From Escherichia coli (GTDB lineage: Bacteria; Pseudomonadota; Gammaproteobacteria; Enterobacterales; Enterobacteriaceae), in assembly GCF_003334305.1 (NCBI RefSeq), contig NZ_QOWS01000033.1: a stretch of 35,452 nucleotides of DNA, one strand, 5' to 3'. A program made the position numbers and the translations under genes. The notes beneath the pieces were generated by a model. That model was not told where the DNA came from. It worked only from the letters and a program-made list of their open reading frames with translations, and did not search any database. How positions within the stretch are numbered: the stretch's first letter is position 1; each line of letters begins with the position of its first letter. Shown piece after piece: positions 1-9,302 of the stretch.

Positions 1-2
1 TT

Positions 3-497
3 GGTTTAGGAGAAGGCTCTGCATTACCGGTTGGGGTGCCTGTTCCGTGGCCTTCAGCCACTCCGCCAACAGGCTGGCTGAAATGCAATGGTGCGGCTTT
101 TTCTGCTGAAGAATACCCGGAACTGGCAAAGGCTTACCCGACCAATAAATTGCCTGATTTACGTGGTGAGTTTATTCGTGGCTGGGATGATGAACGTGGT
201 GTGGATAGTGGGCGAACTCTGCTTTCATCGCAAGGAGATGCTATTCGAAACATTACTGGCGGTTTTGGTCAGTTGCGCGTAAACAGCGAAATTAATGCAA
301 TTGTCGATGTTCAAAGTGTGAGTGGGGCTTTTTACGGAGGTACCTCAGTCCGGAATAACATCAATGTGTCTATGACATACGCTAATGACCGAAAAATCCG
401 ACAAGATGTTCACTTCTCGGCGGCAAATGTTGTTCCAACAGCAAATGAAAATCGTCCACGTAACATCGCCTTTAATTATATTGTGAGGGCCGCATGA
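3..497 (+). CDS. Tail fibre protein, C-terminal variable part (5'-truncated by window edge; constant part lies upstream)
   Basis: Frame is open from position 3; the translation (GLGEGSALPVGVPVPW...GWLKCNGAAFSAEEYPEL...) resembles phage tail-fibre tips; the stop overlaps the start of the next gene (ATGA at 494-497). Confidence 0.65.
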   Translation, partial: GLGEGSALPVGVPVPWPSATPPTGWLKCNGAAFSAEEYPELAKAYPTNKLPDLRGEFIRGWDDERGVDSGRTLLSSQGDAIRNITGGFGQLRVNSEINAIVDVQSVSGAFYGGTSVRNNINVSMTYANDRKIRQDVHFSAANVVPTANENRPRNIAFNYIVRAA

Positions 498-1102
498 TGA
501 ATAAAGCTGTATTAAATAGCAAACTCATTGCCATAAAAGCGGGAGACATTATCATTTATAATTATGATGGTGAAACGCGGGAATATATTTCTACATCAAC
601 TGAATATCTCGCTGTCGGCGTCGGTATCCCGGCATGTTCTTGTTTAGATGCTCCGGGCTCAAACAAAGCTGGTTATGCAATTTGTCGTTCTGTAGATTTA
701 AACTCATGGGAATATGTGCCAGACCATCGCGGTGAAGTTGTCTATAGTACCGAAACGGGAGATACCAAAGAAATCACAGCTCCGGGTGATTACCCTGAAA
801 ATACAACCATTATCGCCCCATTAACGCCATACGATAAATGGGATGGTGAGAAATGGGTGACCGATACTGAGGCACAGCATAGCGCCGCAGTAGACGCGGC
901 AGAAGCACAGCGTCAGTCACTGATTGATGCTGCAATGGCTTCCATCAGTCTGATTCAGCTGAAATTACAGGCCGGACGGAAGTTGATGCAGGCAGAAACA
1001 ACCCGGCTTAACGCCGTGCTGGATTACATTGACGCGGTGACGGCAACAGATACCAGCACCGCGCCTGATATTATTTGGCCTGTATTCCCTGAGACTGATT
1101 AA
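494..1102 (+). CDS. Tail fibre assembly chaperone (Tfa / P2 G-like)
   Basis: 202-aa ORF immediately after the tail-fibre gene with start/stop overlap; position and size fit a tail fibre assembly protein. Confidence 0.65.
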   Translation: MMNKAVLNSKLIAIKAGDIIIYNYDGETREYISTSTEYLAVGVGIPACSCLDAPGSNKAGYAICRSVDLNSWEYVPDHRGEVVYSTETGDTKEITAPGDYPENTTIIAPLTPYDKWDGEKWVTDTEAQHSAAVDAAEAQRQSLIDAAMASISLIQLKLQAGRKLMQAETTRLNAVLDYIDAVTATDTSTAPDIIWPVFPETD

Positions 1103-1292
1103 CCTCAATTAGTATTGGTTCGCCTTTCTCATTAATTGTTAGCTCCATGCCCTGAGGAATTTCTGTCATAGTAAAAAACCAGTTGTCCTCCGGTAATTCA
1201 ATAGCCCCGGTCACGTCATGAAGACCGGGGATTACTTCAGTCAAAGTAACTGGATTAAACAGGCGCACAATAAACCCTCCAGGAAAAAGCAT
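1071..1292 (-). CDS. Alternative (inverted-orientation) short tail fibre assembly protein
   Basis: Minus-strand ORF convergent with the plus-strand assembly gene, downstream of the minus-strand fibre cassette; start placed at an internal Met; arrangement mirrors Mu G-segment / e14 cassettes. Confidence 0.35.
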   Translation of the reverse strand: MLFPGGFIVRLFNPVTLTEVIPGLHDVTGAIELPEDNWFFTMTEIPQGMELTINEKGEPILIEVNQSQGIQAK

Positions 1293-1596
1293 TTGATGAT
1301 GGTCTGCCGTCGTACATCTGGCAGCGGGCATAAAAGCCGGTATTTGTTACCTGATCATCCACGATCATTGAAACATGAACATTATTAGGTGTGCTCTCGT
1401 AATCCGTTCTTATTCTTTCCGCGATACTGATAAAACGTGAAAGTTTAGGCAGTGCAATTGGGTAAACAACTTTAGCCAGTCCATTATCATTAGATCCACC
1501 GGTTCCAAATACTTCTATTGCACCGTCTGACCAGCGTATCCATGCACCATTGGCATTAGCTCCTCGCTGAATGACATATCTGGCTTCTCCCAAACC
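1255..1596 (-). CDS. Alternative tail-fibre C-terminal cassette, promoterless, expressed only after inversion
   Basis: Minus-strand frame encodes ...VGLGEARYVIQRGANANGAWIRW...; the VGLGE junction matches the GLGE junction at the window start; the Met codons at 1638 lie outside the inverted repeat and are probably incidental. Confidence 0.5.
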   Translation of the reverse strand, partial: GLGEARYVIQRGANANGAWIRWSDGAIEVFGTGGSNDNGLAKVVYPIALPKLSRFISIAERIRTDYESTPNNVHVSMIVDDQVTNTGFYARCQMYDGRPSSNAFSWRVYCAPV

Positions 1597-1610
1597 AACG
1601 TTTAAGAAAA
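1585..1610. repeat. Invertase crossover site (hix/gix-like), right end of invertible segment; partner half-site at 1-14
   Basis: 1585-1598 TTCTCCCAAACCAA is the reverse complement of window positions 1-14 (TTGGTTTAGGAGAA) with one mismatch; 1585-1610 has the form TTCTCCCAAACC-AA-CGTTTAAGAAAA, resembling the 12-2-12 Hin/Gin crossover sites. Confidence 0.55.
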
Positions 1611-1659
1611 TGCAGAGGTAACAGCTAACTGGCATCATCTCCGGTTTTTATTCAGGGGG

Positions 1660-2232
1660 ATGATCATGCTTATTGGCTATGTACGCGTGTCAACAAATGA
1701 CCAGAACACCGATTTGCAACGTAATGCACTGAACTGCGCGGGATGTGAGCAGATTTTTGAGGACAAAATCAGTGGCACTAAGTCCGACAGACCGGGGCTG
1801 AAAAAACTACTCAGGACACTATCGGCAGGAGACACGCTGGTTGTCTGGAAGCTGGACAGGTTGGGGCGCAGTATGCGGCATCTTGTTACGCTGATAGAAG
1901 AGTTGCGCCAGCGTGGTGTGAATTTCAGAAGCCTGACTGACAGTATTGATACCAGTACCCCAATGGGTCGTTTCTTTTTTCATGTCATGGGTGCCCTGGC
2001 TGAAATGGAACGCGAACTGATAGTTGAACGTACCAGGGCAGGGCTGGCTGCAGCTCGTGCCAAAGGCAGAGTAGGTGGACGCCGTCCTAAGTTGACCACC
2101 GAACAGTGGGCACAGATTGGGCGTTTACTCGAGGCCGGAGAATCAAGACAGCGTATTGCACTGATTTTTGATGTAGGCGTTTCTACCATTTATAGAAAAT
2201 TTCCGGCAAATAAGATCAATGAATCCCCCTGA
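1660..2232 (+). CDS. Serine DNA invertase (Pin/Gin/Hin/Cin family)
   Basis: N-terminus IGYVRVSTNDQ with the catalytic Ser context, a resolvase-type catalytic domain and a C-terminal HTH (GVSTIYRKF); lies directly beside the right crossover site. Confidence 0.85.
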   Translation: MIMLIGYVRVSTNDQNTDLQRNALNCAGCEQIFEDKISGTKSDRPGLKKLLRTLSAGDTLVVWKLDRLGRSMRHLVTLIEELRQRGVNFRSLTDSIDTSTPMGRFFFHVMGALAEMERELIVERTRAGLAAARAKGRVGGRRPKLTTEQWAQIGRLLEAGESRQRIALIFDVGVSTIYRKFPANKINESP

Positions 2233-2374
2233 ATCAGCATTATGTTGATTATCCCTGCAAGCAGACAAATACCGTTATTTTGTGTGAATAACGACACAAC
2301 TGCGCTTAGCTGTTTGTCAGGCACAATCACTTCAACATAGGGCGAAGCCTAATCCAATCAGGAGGTTCGCCACT

Positions 2375-3547
2375 ATGGCTCAGGATTACCACCACGGGGT
2401 GCGCGTTGTTGAAGTCAACGAAGGCACCCGATCTATTACCACGGTGAGCACCGCCATCGTGGGTATGGTCTGCACGGGCGATGATGCCGATGCAAAAATG
2501 TTTCCTCTTAATAAACCCGTGCTGATCACTGATGTGCTGACTGCCAGCGGTAAAGCGGGTGAGTCAGGTACTCTGGCCCGTTCGCTGGATGCCATCGCTG
2601 ACCAGGCAAAACCCGTGACCATTGTTGTGCGTGTGCCGCAGGGTGAAACGGAAGACGAAACCACGACCAATATCATCGGCGCAGTGACTGCTGAAGGTAA
2701 AAAAACAGGTATGAAAGCCCTGTTATCTGCCCAGTCACAGCTCGGCGTTAAACCGCGCATTCTCGGCGTGCCAGGCCACGACACCAAGGCGGTAGCTACT
2801 GAGTTGCTGAGCGTGGCGCAAAGCCTGCGTGGATTTGCTTACCTGTCAGCGTATGGCTGCAAGACAGTGCAGGAGGCGATCACTTACCGCGAAAACTTCA
2901 GCCAGCGCGAAGGGATGCTGATCTGGCCTGACTTTACTGGCTGGGACACGGTGCTGAATGCCGAAGCAACGGCATATGCCACCGCCCGTGCGCTTGGTCT
3001 GCGCGCCAAAATTGACGAGCAGACCGGATGGCACAAAAGCCTGTCCAACGTGGGCGTGAACGGTGTCACCGGAATTTCTGCAGATGTGTTCTGGGATCTG
3101 CAGGACCCGGCAACCGATGCAGGTCTGCTGAACCAGAACGACGTCACCACGCTTGTGCGTAAAGACGGTTTCCGCTTCTGGGGTTCCCGCTGCCTGAGTG
3201 ATGACCCGCTCTTTGCCTTCGAAAACTACACCCGCACGGCGCAGGTGCTGATGGACACGATGGCAGAAGCACACATGTGGGCGGTGGATAAACCGCTTAA
3301 CCCGTCGCTGGCCCGCGACATTATCGAAGGTATCCGCGCCAAAATGCGCAGCCTGGTCAGTCAGGGCTATCTCATTGGTGGTGATTGCTGGCTGGATGAG
3401 TCGGTGAACGACAAAGACACGCTGAAAGCCGGAAAACTCACCATCGACTACGACTACACGCCAGTGCCGCCACTTGAAAACCTGATGCTGCGTCAGCGCA
3501 TCACCGATCAGTACCTGGTGAATTTCGCCAGCCAGGTCAGCGCGTAA
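2375..3547 (+). CDS. Contractile tail sheath protein (P2 FI-like)
   Basis: 390-aa ORF first in the conserved FI-FII-E-T-U-D order; size and position fit the sheath. Confidence 0.8.
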   Translation: MAQDYHHGVRVVEVNEGTRSITTVSTAIVGMVCTGDDADAKMFPLNKPVLITDVLTASGKAGESGTLARSLDAIADQAKPVTIVVRVPQGETEDETTTNIIGAVTAEGKKTGMKALLSAQSQLGVKPRILGVPGHDTKAVATELLSVAQSLRGFAYLSAYGCKTVQEAITYRENFSQREGMLIWPDFTGWDTVLNAEATAYATARALGLRAKIDEQTGWHKSLSNVGVNGVTGISADVFWDLQDPATDAGLLNQNDVTTLVRKDGFRFWGSRCLSDDPLFAFENYTRTAQVLMDTMAEAHMWAVDKPLNPSLARDIIEGIRAKMRSLVSQGYLIGGDCWLDESVNDKDTLKAGKLTIDYDYTPVPPLENLMLRQRITDQYLVNFASQVSA

Positions 3548-3556
3548 GGGGACAAC

Positions 3557-4072
3557 ATGGCATTACCACGCAAATTAAAACACCTGAACCTGTTTAACGA
3601 CGGGAACAACTGGCAGGGGATCGTTGAGTCGCTGACGCTGCCGAAATTTACCCGCAAATATGAGAAGTATCGCGGCGGCGGAATGCCGGGTGCGGTGGAT
3701 GTGGATCTGGGGCTTGATGACAGTGCGCTGGACACAGAATTTTCCATTGGTGGTACTGAATTGCTGCTGTTTAAACAGATGGGTAAAGCCACGGTGGATG
3801 GCATCCAGCTGCGCTTTACCGGCTCTATTCAGCGTGACGATACCGGGGAAGTGCAGGCCGTGGAGCTTGTCGTGCGTGGACGTCACAAAGAAGTGGATTC
3901 CGGCGAGTGGAAGACGGGCGAAAGCAACACCACCAAAGTGACCAGTACCAACAGCTACGCGAAGCTGACCATCAATGGTGAGGTGCTCTATGAAGTGGAC
4001 CTTATCAACATGGTGGAAATTGTGGACGGTGTGGACCTGATGGAAGCGCACCGCAACGCCCTCGGCCTCTGA
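3557..4072 (+). CDS. Tail tube protein (P2 FII-like)
   Basis: 171-aa ORF directly after the sheath gene. Confidence 0.8.
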   Translation: MALPRKLKHLNLFNDGNNWQGIVESLTLPKFTRKYEKYRGGGMPGAVDVDLGLDDSALDTEFSIGGTELLLFKQMGKATVDGIQLRFTGSIQRDDTGEVQAVELVVRGRHKEVDSGEWKTGESNTTKVTSTNSYAKLTINGEVLYEVDLINMVEIVDGVDLMEAHRNALGL

Positions 4073-4126
4073 TATATCTGAACGGCGCGGGATACCGCGC
4101 CAGAACCCAATTGACAGGACAGCAAA

Positions 4127-4429
4127 ATGAGCGATAAGCAGACTGAAAAGACCATTCAACTGGATACCCCCATCAAGCGCGGTAAAACAGAAATCACCGA
4201 AATTGTGCTGCGTAAACCGCAGTCCGGTGCGCTACGCGGTACACGCCTGCAGGCCATTATGGATATGGATGTAAACGCGATGATGACCGTGATCCCCCGC
4301 ATCTCCAGTCCGGCACTGACTGCACAGGAAATTGCAGAGATGGACCCGGCAGATCTCACTGCCATGTCGGTTGAGGTTGTCACTTTTTTGTTGAAGAAGT
4401 CGGTGCTTGCCGGTTTACCGACAGCCTGA
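4127..4429 (+). CDS. Tail assembly chaperone E
   Basis: 100-aa ORF between tube and tape measure; contains the slippery run TTTTTTG near its 3' end. Confidence 0.75.
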   Translation: MSDKQTEKTIQLDTPIKRGKTEITEIVLRKPQSGALRGTRLQAIMDMDVNAMMTVIPRISSPALTAQEIAEMDPADLTAMSVEVVTFLLKKSVLAGLPTA

Positions 4430-4563
4430 CGGTTGACGATCTGGTGGCAGATATCGCCACCATTTTTCACTGGCCGCCATCCGTTACTGACGTTATGCCG
4501 CTGACCGAAGTGCTGGAATGGCGGTATAAAGCGATTCAGAGAAGCGGGGCCAACGATGAGTGA
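4127..4563 (+). CDS. Tail assembly chaperone E+E' made by a programmed -1 frameshift at TTTTTTG (4384-4390)
   Basis: The -1 frame after the slippery site stays open to a TGA at 4561-4563, encoding ...ADIATIFHWPPSVTDVMPLTEVLEWRYKAIQRSGANDE and overlapping the tape-measure ATG at 4556. Confidence 0.6.
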
Positions 4564-7500
4564 TAACAACCTGCGTCTGCAGGTCATTCTTAATGCGGTT
4601 GACAAGCTCACCCGCCCATTTCGATCTGCGCAGGCCAGTTCAAGAGAACTGGCTGCTGCTGTCAAAAAATCCCGCGATGCAATAAAGCAGCTTGATCAGG
4701 CCGGGAGCAGTCTGGACAGCTTCCGAAAGCTGCAGGCAGAAAATCAGAAATTAGGCGACAGGCTGAACTATGCCCGCCAGCGTGCAAATTTGCTCAGTCA
4801 GGAACTGGGAGCGATGGGGCCGCCTTCGCAACGTCAGGTTGTTGCTCTGGGCCGTCAACGGCTGGCTGTTCAGCGCCTGGAAGAACGCCAGAAAAAGCTG
4901 CAGCAGCAGACGGCGCTTGTGCGTGCTGAACTGTACCGGGCGGGAATTTCTGCGAAAGACGATGCGGGAGCAACTGCCCGTTTAGCCCGTGAAACATCAC
5001 GTTATAACCAGGAACTTTCGAAACAGGAGGCGCGGCTGAAGCGACTGGGGGAAGCTCAGCGCAGGATGAATGCAGCGCGTGCCAGTTATGCCCGTTCGCT
5101 GGAGGTGCGTGATCGTATTGCAGGTGCCGGAGCCACCACCACGGCTGCAGGGCTGGCAATGGGTGCGCCAGTGATGGCGGCAGTAAAAAGCTATACCAGC
5201 ATGGAAGATGCCATGAAAGGTGTGGCAAAGCAGGTCAATGGTCTGCGTGACGATAATGGCAACCGCACTGCACGTTTTTATGAAATGCAGGATGCCATCA
5301 AGGCTGCCAGCGAACAGTTGCCGATGGAAAACGGTGCGGTGGACTTCGCTGCACTGGTTGAAGGTGGTGCGCGCATGAACGTCGCAAACCCTGACGACAG
5401 CTGGGAAGATCAGAAACGTGACCTGCTGGCCTTCGCCAGTACGGCAGCAAAGGCGGCAACAGCCTTTGAGCTGCCAGCGGATGAACTGTCAGAAAGTCTG
5501 GGGAAAATCGCCCAGCTCTACAAAATCCCCACCCGCAATATTGAACAGCTCGGTGATGCGCTGAACTATCTGGATGATAACGCCATGTCGAAAGGGGCAG
5601 ACATCATTGATGTGATGCAACGTCTGGGCGGTGTGGCTGACCGTCTGGATTATCGTAAAGCGGCGGCGCTGGGTTCCACCTTCCTGACACTGGGCGCTGC
5701 GCCGGAGGTTGCAGCCAGTGCAGCAAACGCGATGGTGCGTGAATTGTCCATTGCCACCATGCAAAGCAAGAGTTTCTTTGAAGGGATGAATCTGCTGAAA
5801 CTCAATCCTGAAGTGATTGAAAAGCAGATGACGAAGGATGCGATGGGAACCATCCAGCGCGTGCTGGAGAAGGTAAACGCGCTGCCGCAGGACAAGCGCC
5901 TGTCTGCCATGACTATGTTGTTTGGTAAAGAGTTTGGCGATGACGCGGCGAAACTGGCAAACAACCTGCCGGAACTGCAGCGTCAGTTAAAACTGACAGC
6001 GGGCAATGATGCGCTTGGCTCCATGCAGAAAGAATCCGACATTAACAAGGATTCACTTTCTGCGCAGTGGTTGCTGGTCAAAACCGGAGCGCAGAACACC
6101 TTCAGCAGCCTGGGCGAAACGCTGCGCCAGCCGCTGATGGATATTCTGTACACGGTGAAAAGCGTCACGGGGGCGTTGCGTCGCTGGGTGGAAGCTAACC
6201 CGGAACTGACAGGCACACTGATGAAAGCATCGGCTGTTGTGGCTGCGGTTACCGTCGGCCTCGGCACCTTAGCGGTGGCGCTGGCTGCAGTGCTGGGGCC
6301 GCTGGCAGTGATCCGTCTGGGATTCTCTGTGTTGGGTATCAAAACGTTATCTTCCGTTACGGCAGCAGTAACTCGAACCAGCAGCGCGTTGTCCTGGCTG
6401 GCTGGCGCACCACTGGCACTGCTGCGACGCGGGCTTGCTTCATCGGGCAACGCCGCAGGTTTACTTACTGCGCCGTTGTCGTCTTTGCGCCGCACGGCAT
6501 CACTGACGGGAAATGTCCTGAAAACTGTAGCAGGTGCGCCGGTTGCACTTTTGCGGTCTGGATTATCCGGTTTACGTGCGGTTGCTGTGATGTTTATGAA
6601 TCCACTGGCAGCACTACGCGGCGGGCTGGCTGCCGCAGGCACGGTGCTGCGAGTACTGGCATCTGGTCCACTGGCGATGTTGCGCGTTGCCCTGTATGCC
6701 GTATCTGGTCTGTTAGGTGCTCTGCTCAGTCCGATAGGTCTTGTGGTTACTGCACTGGCGGGTGTGGCACTGGTTGTCTGGAAATACTGGCAACCCATCA
6801 CCGCATTTCTCGGTGGCGTGGTGGAAGGATTCAAAGCGGCGGCAGGTCCCATCAGTGCAGCGTTCGAACCGCTTAAGCCTGTGTTCCAGTGGATTGGTGA
6901 CAAAGTGCAGGCGCTGTGGGGCTGGTTTACTGATCTGCTGACGCCCGTTAAGTCGACTTCTGCCGAACTGCAGAGCGCAGCGGCAATGGGGCGACGATTC
7001 GGGGAGGCACTGGCGGAAGGGCTGAATATGGTCATGCATCCGCTGGACTCCCTGAAATCCGGCGTTTCCTGGTTGCTGGAGAAGCTCGGCATTATCAGTA
7101 AAGAGGCCGCAAAGGCAAAACTGCCGGAAAGCGTGACGCGTCAGCAACCTGCGACGGTGAATGCAGACGGTAAAGTGATGATGCCATCGGGTGGTTTTCC
7201 GTCATGGGGATATGGCTTTGCGGGGATGTATGACAGCGGCGGCTATATCCCGCGCGGGCAGTTTGGCATCGTCGGTGAAAACGGGCCGGAAATTGTTAAC
7301 GGCCCGGCAAATGTGACCAGCCGGAGAAATACAGCTGCACTGGCTGCCGTTGTTGCCGGAATGATGGGCGTTGCTGCCGCGCCTGCAGAGCTTCCACCGT
7401 TGCACCCTTTGGCACTTCCCGCGAAAGGCGGCGAAGCGATGGTGAGTCGTGCAGCCACTGTGCCGCCCGTTCAACGGATTGAGGCACCGATGCAGATCAT

Positions 7501-7633
7501 CATTCAGACGCAGCCAGGACAAAGTGCGCAGGATATTGCGCGGGAGGTGGCCCGCCAGCTTGATGAACGTGAACGCAGGCTGAAGGCAAAAGCCAGGAGT
7601 AACTACAGCGATCAGGGGGGATACGACGCATGA
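4556..7633 (+). CDS. Tail tape measure protein (P2 T-like)
   Basis: 1025-aa ORF with a coiled-coil-like N-terminal region, central hydrophobic Ala/Leu/Gly repeats and the canonical position after E/E'. Confidence 0.85.
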   Translation: MSDNNLRLQVILNAVDKLTRPFRSAQASSRELAAAVKKSRDAIKQLDQAGSSLDSFRKLQAENQKLGDRLNYARQRANLLSQELGAMGPPSQRQVVALGRQRLAVQRLEERQKKLQQQTALVRAELYRAGISAKDDAGATARLARETSRYNQELSKQEARLKRLGEAQRRMNAARASYARSLEVRDRIAGAGATTTAAGLAMGAPVMAAVKSYTSMEDAMKGVAKQVNGLRDDNGNRTARFYEMQDAIKAASEQLPMENGAVDFAALVEGGARMNVANPDDSWEDQKRDLLAFASTAAKAATAFELPADELSESLGKIAQLYKIPTRNIEQLGDALNYLDDNAMSKGADIIDVMQRLGGVADRLDYRKAAALGSTFLTLGAAPEVAASAANAMVRELSIATMQSKSFFEGMNLLKLNPEVIEKQMTKDAMGTIQRVLEKVNALPQDKRLSAMTMLFGKEFGDDAAKLANNLPELQRQLKLTAGNDALGSMQKESDINKDSLSAQWLLVKTGAQNTFSSLGETLRQPLMDILYTVKSVTGALRRWVEANPELTGTLMKASAVVAAVTVGLGTLAVALAAVLGPLAVIRLGFSVLGIKTLSSVTAAVTRTSSALSWLAGAPLALLRRGLASSGNAAGLLTAPLSSLRRTASLTGNVLKTVAGAPVALLRSGLSGLRAVAVMFMNPLAALRGGLAAAGTVLRVLASGPLAMLRVALYAVSGLLGALLSPIGLVVTALAGVALVVWKYWQPITAFLGGVVEGFKAAAGPISAAFEPLKPVFQWIGDKVQALWGWFTDLLTPVKSTSAELQSAAAMGRRFGEALAEGLNMVMHPLDSLKSGVSWLLEKLGIISKEAAKAKLPESVTRQQPATVNADGKVMMPSGGFPSWGYGFAGMYDSGGYIPRGQFGIVGENGPEIVNGPANVTSRRNTAALAAVVAGMMGVAAAPAELPPLHPLALPAKGGEAMVSRAATVPPVQRIEAPMQIIIQTQPGQSAQDIAREVARQLDERERRLKAKARSNYSDQGGYDA

Positions 7634-8115
7634 TGATGGTGCTGGGATTGTACGTGTTTATGCTGCGCACCGTGCCGTATCAGGAGCTGCAGTATCAACG
7701 CAGCTGGCGACATGCGGCAAACAGCCGGGTAAACCGACGTCCGTCCACGCAGTTTCTGGGACCGGACAACGACATGCTGACGCTTTCCGGTGTTCTTATG
7801 CCGGAGATAACAGGTGGCAGGCTGTCGTTGCTGGCACTGGAGCAGATGGCAGAACAGGGGAAAGCATGGCCCCTGATTGAAGGCAGCGGCACGATTTATG
7901 GCATGTATGTGATTGAGGGACTGAATCAGACTAAAACGGAGTTTTTCCGCGACGGTATGCCGCGCCGGATTGAGTTCACCCTGTCGCTCAAACGGGTGGA
8001 TGAATCCCTGTCCGATATGTTCGGTGATCTCAGTGCGCAACTGAATAATCTGCAGGAAACGGCAACGTCTGCCTTAAGCGATATCAGTAAAACGGTGGGA
8101 GGGCTGCTGTCGTGA
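7630..8115 (+). CDS. Tail protein U-like
   Basis: 161-aa ORF whose start overlaps the tape-measure stop; position matches P2 gene U. Confidence 0.75.
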   Translation: MMMVLGLYVFMLRTVPYQELQYQRSWRHAANSRVNRRPSTQFLGPDNDMLTLSGVLMPEITGGRLSLLALEQMAEQGKAWPLIEGSGTIYGMYVIEGLNQTKTEFFRDGMPRRIEFTLSLKRVDESLSDMFGDLSAQLNNLQETATSALSDISKTVGGLLS

Positions 8116-9212
8116 ATTTCAGCTCTGAACTGCTTAACAAAAGCAACAAAACTCCGGCATTCAGCATCAGTATTGAGGGCAGGGATATCACTACTGTGCT
8201 GGATAACCGCCTGATGAGTCTGACTCTGACGGACAATCGGGGCTTTGAAGCAGACCAGCTTGATCTGGAGCTGGACGATGCCGACGGGAAAATCGTGCTG
8301 CCGCGCCGTGGTGCGGTCATTACGCTGGCGCTGGGCTGGAAGGGGCAGCCGCTTTTCCCGAAAGGGGCATTCACGGTGGACGAGATTGAACACACTGGCG
8401 CACCGGACCGCCTGACTATCCGGGCGCGAAGTGCTGATTTTCGGGAAACGCTGAATACCCGCCGTGAAAAATCGTGGCACAAGACCACCATTGGGGAAGT
8501 GGTGAAGGAGATAGCCGCGCGGCACAAGCTGAAGATGGTACTGGGTAAAGACCTGTCGGATAAGCTCGTGGAGCATATAGACCAGACTAATGAGAGTGAC
8601 GGTAGTTTTCTGATGCGGCTGGCGCGCCAGTACGGTGCTATTGCGTCGGTGAAAAATGGCAATCTGTTATTCATCCGGCAGGGACAGGGCAAAAGTGCCA
8701 GCGGTAAACCACTGCCGGTGATCACTATCACACGTAAGGACGGCGACAGTCACCGCTTTACCCTGGCAGATCGCGGAGCCTATACGGGCATAATTGCCAG
8801 CTGGTTGCATACCCGCGAACCCGCGAAGAAAGAAAGCACCACGGTGAAGCGTAAGCGCAGGACTAAGAAGCAGAAGAAAGAGCCGGAAGCGAAGCAGGGC
8901 GATTACCTGGTGGGTACGGATGAAAACGTGCTGGTACTTAATCGCACTTATGCCAACCGGAGCAACGCTGAACGGGCAGCGAAAATGCAGTGGGAACGCC
9001 TGCAACGCGGCGTTGCGTCATTCTCGCTACAACTGGCGGAAGGGCGGGCAGATCTCTACACGGAAATGCCAGTGAAAGTCAGTGGCTTTAAACAGCCGAT
9101 AGATGATGCGGAATGGACCATTACGACTCTGACACATACCGTCAGCCCGGATAATGGTTTTACGACCAGTCTTGAGCTTGAAGTGAAGGTTGATGATCTC
9201 GAAATGGAATGA
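8112..9212 (+). CDS. Tail protein D-like (late tail gene)
   Basis: 366-aa ORF with a GTG start overlapping the U stop; position matches P2 gene D. Confidence 0.75.
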   Translation: MNFSSELLNKSNKTPAFSISIEGRDITTVLDNRLMSLTLTDNRGFEADQLDLELDDADGKIVLPRRGAVITLALGWKGQPLFPKGAFTVDEIEHTGAPDRLTIRARSADFRETLNTRREKSWHKTTIGEVVKEIAARHKLKMVLGKDLSDKLVEHIDQTNESDGSFLMRLARQYGAIASVKNGNLLFIRQGQGKSASGKPLPVITITRKDGDSHRFTLADRGAYTGIIASWLHTREPAKKESTTVKRKRRTKKQKKEPEAKQGDYLVGTDENVLVLNRTYANRSNAERAAKMQWERLQRGVASFSLQLAEGRADLYTEMPVKVSGFKQPIDDAEWTITTLTHTVSPDNGFTTSLELEVKVDDLEME

Positions 9213-9302
9213 TTCTTCACAATGGAGAACTTTTAAGTTTGAAAAATGGAATAATGCGATATCATTATTGTGAATTTAGCAAAAATGGGGAGAACTCGAA
9301 AA

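Noticed and set aside
1599-1638. Met-Met start of the minus-strand fibre cassette ORF
   Set aside because: These codons lie outside the inverted repeat (right crossover centre at 1597-1598); the cassette is expressed only by fusion to the constant fibre gene after inversion, so this is not a real start.
3575-4159. 194-aa minus-strand ORF overlapping the tail tube gene
   Set aside because: Fully antisense to the tube and E genes in the conserved tail operon; no independent signal.
5983-7147. Long minus-strand ORFs (369 aa and 144 aa) inside the tape measure gene
   Set aside because: They are antisense to a strongly supported 1025-aa gene in a GC-rich, repetitive region; the translations are low-complexity (Ser/Ala/Pro/Arg-rich) and look like open-frame artefacts.
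7926-8731. Two ~215-aa minus-strand ORFs overlapping tail genes U and D
   Set aside because: Antisense to co-linear, overlapping tail genes; Arg/Ser-rich translations typical of spurious frames.
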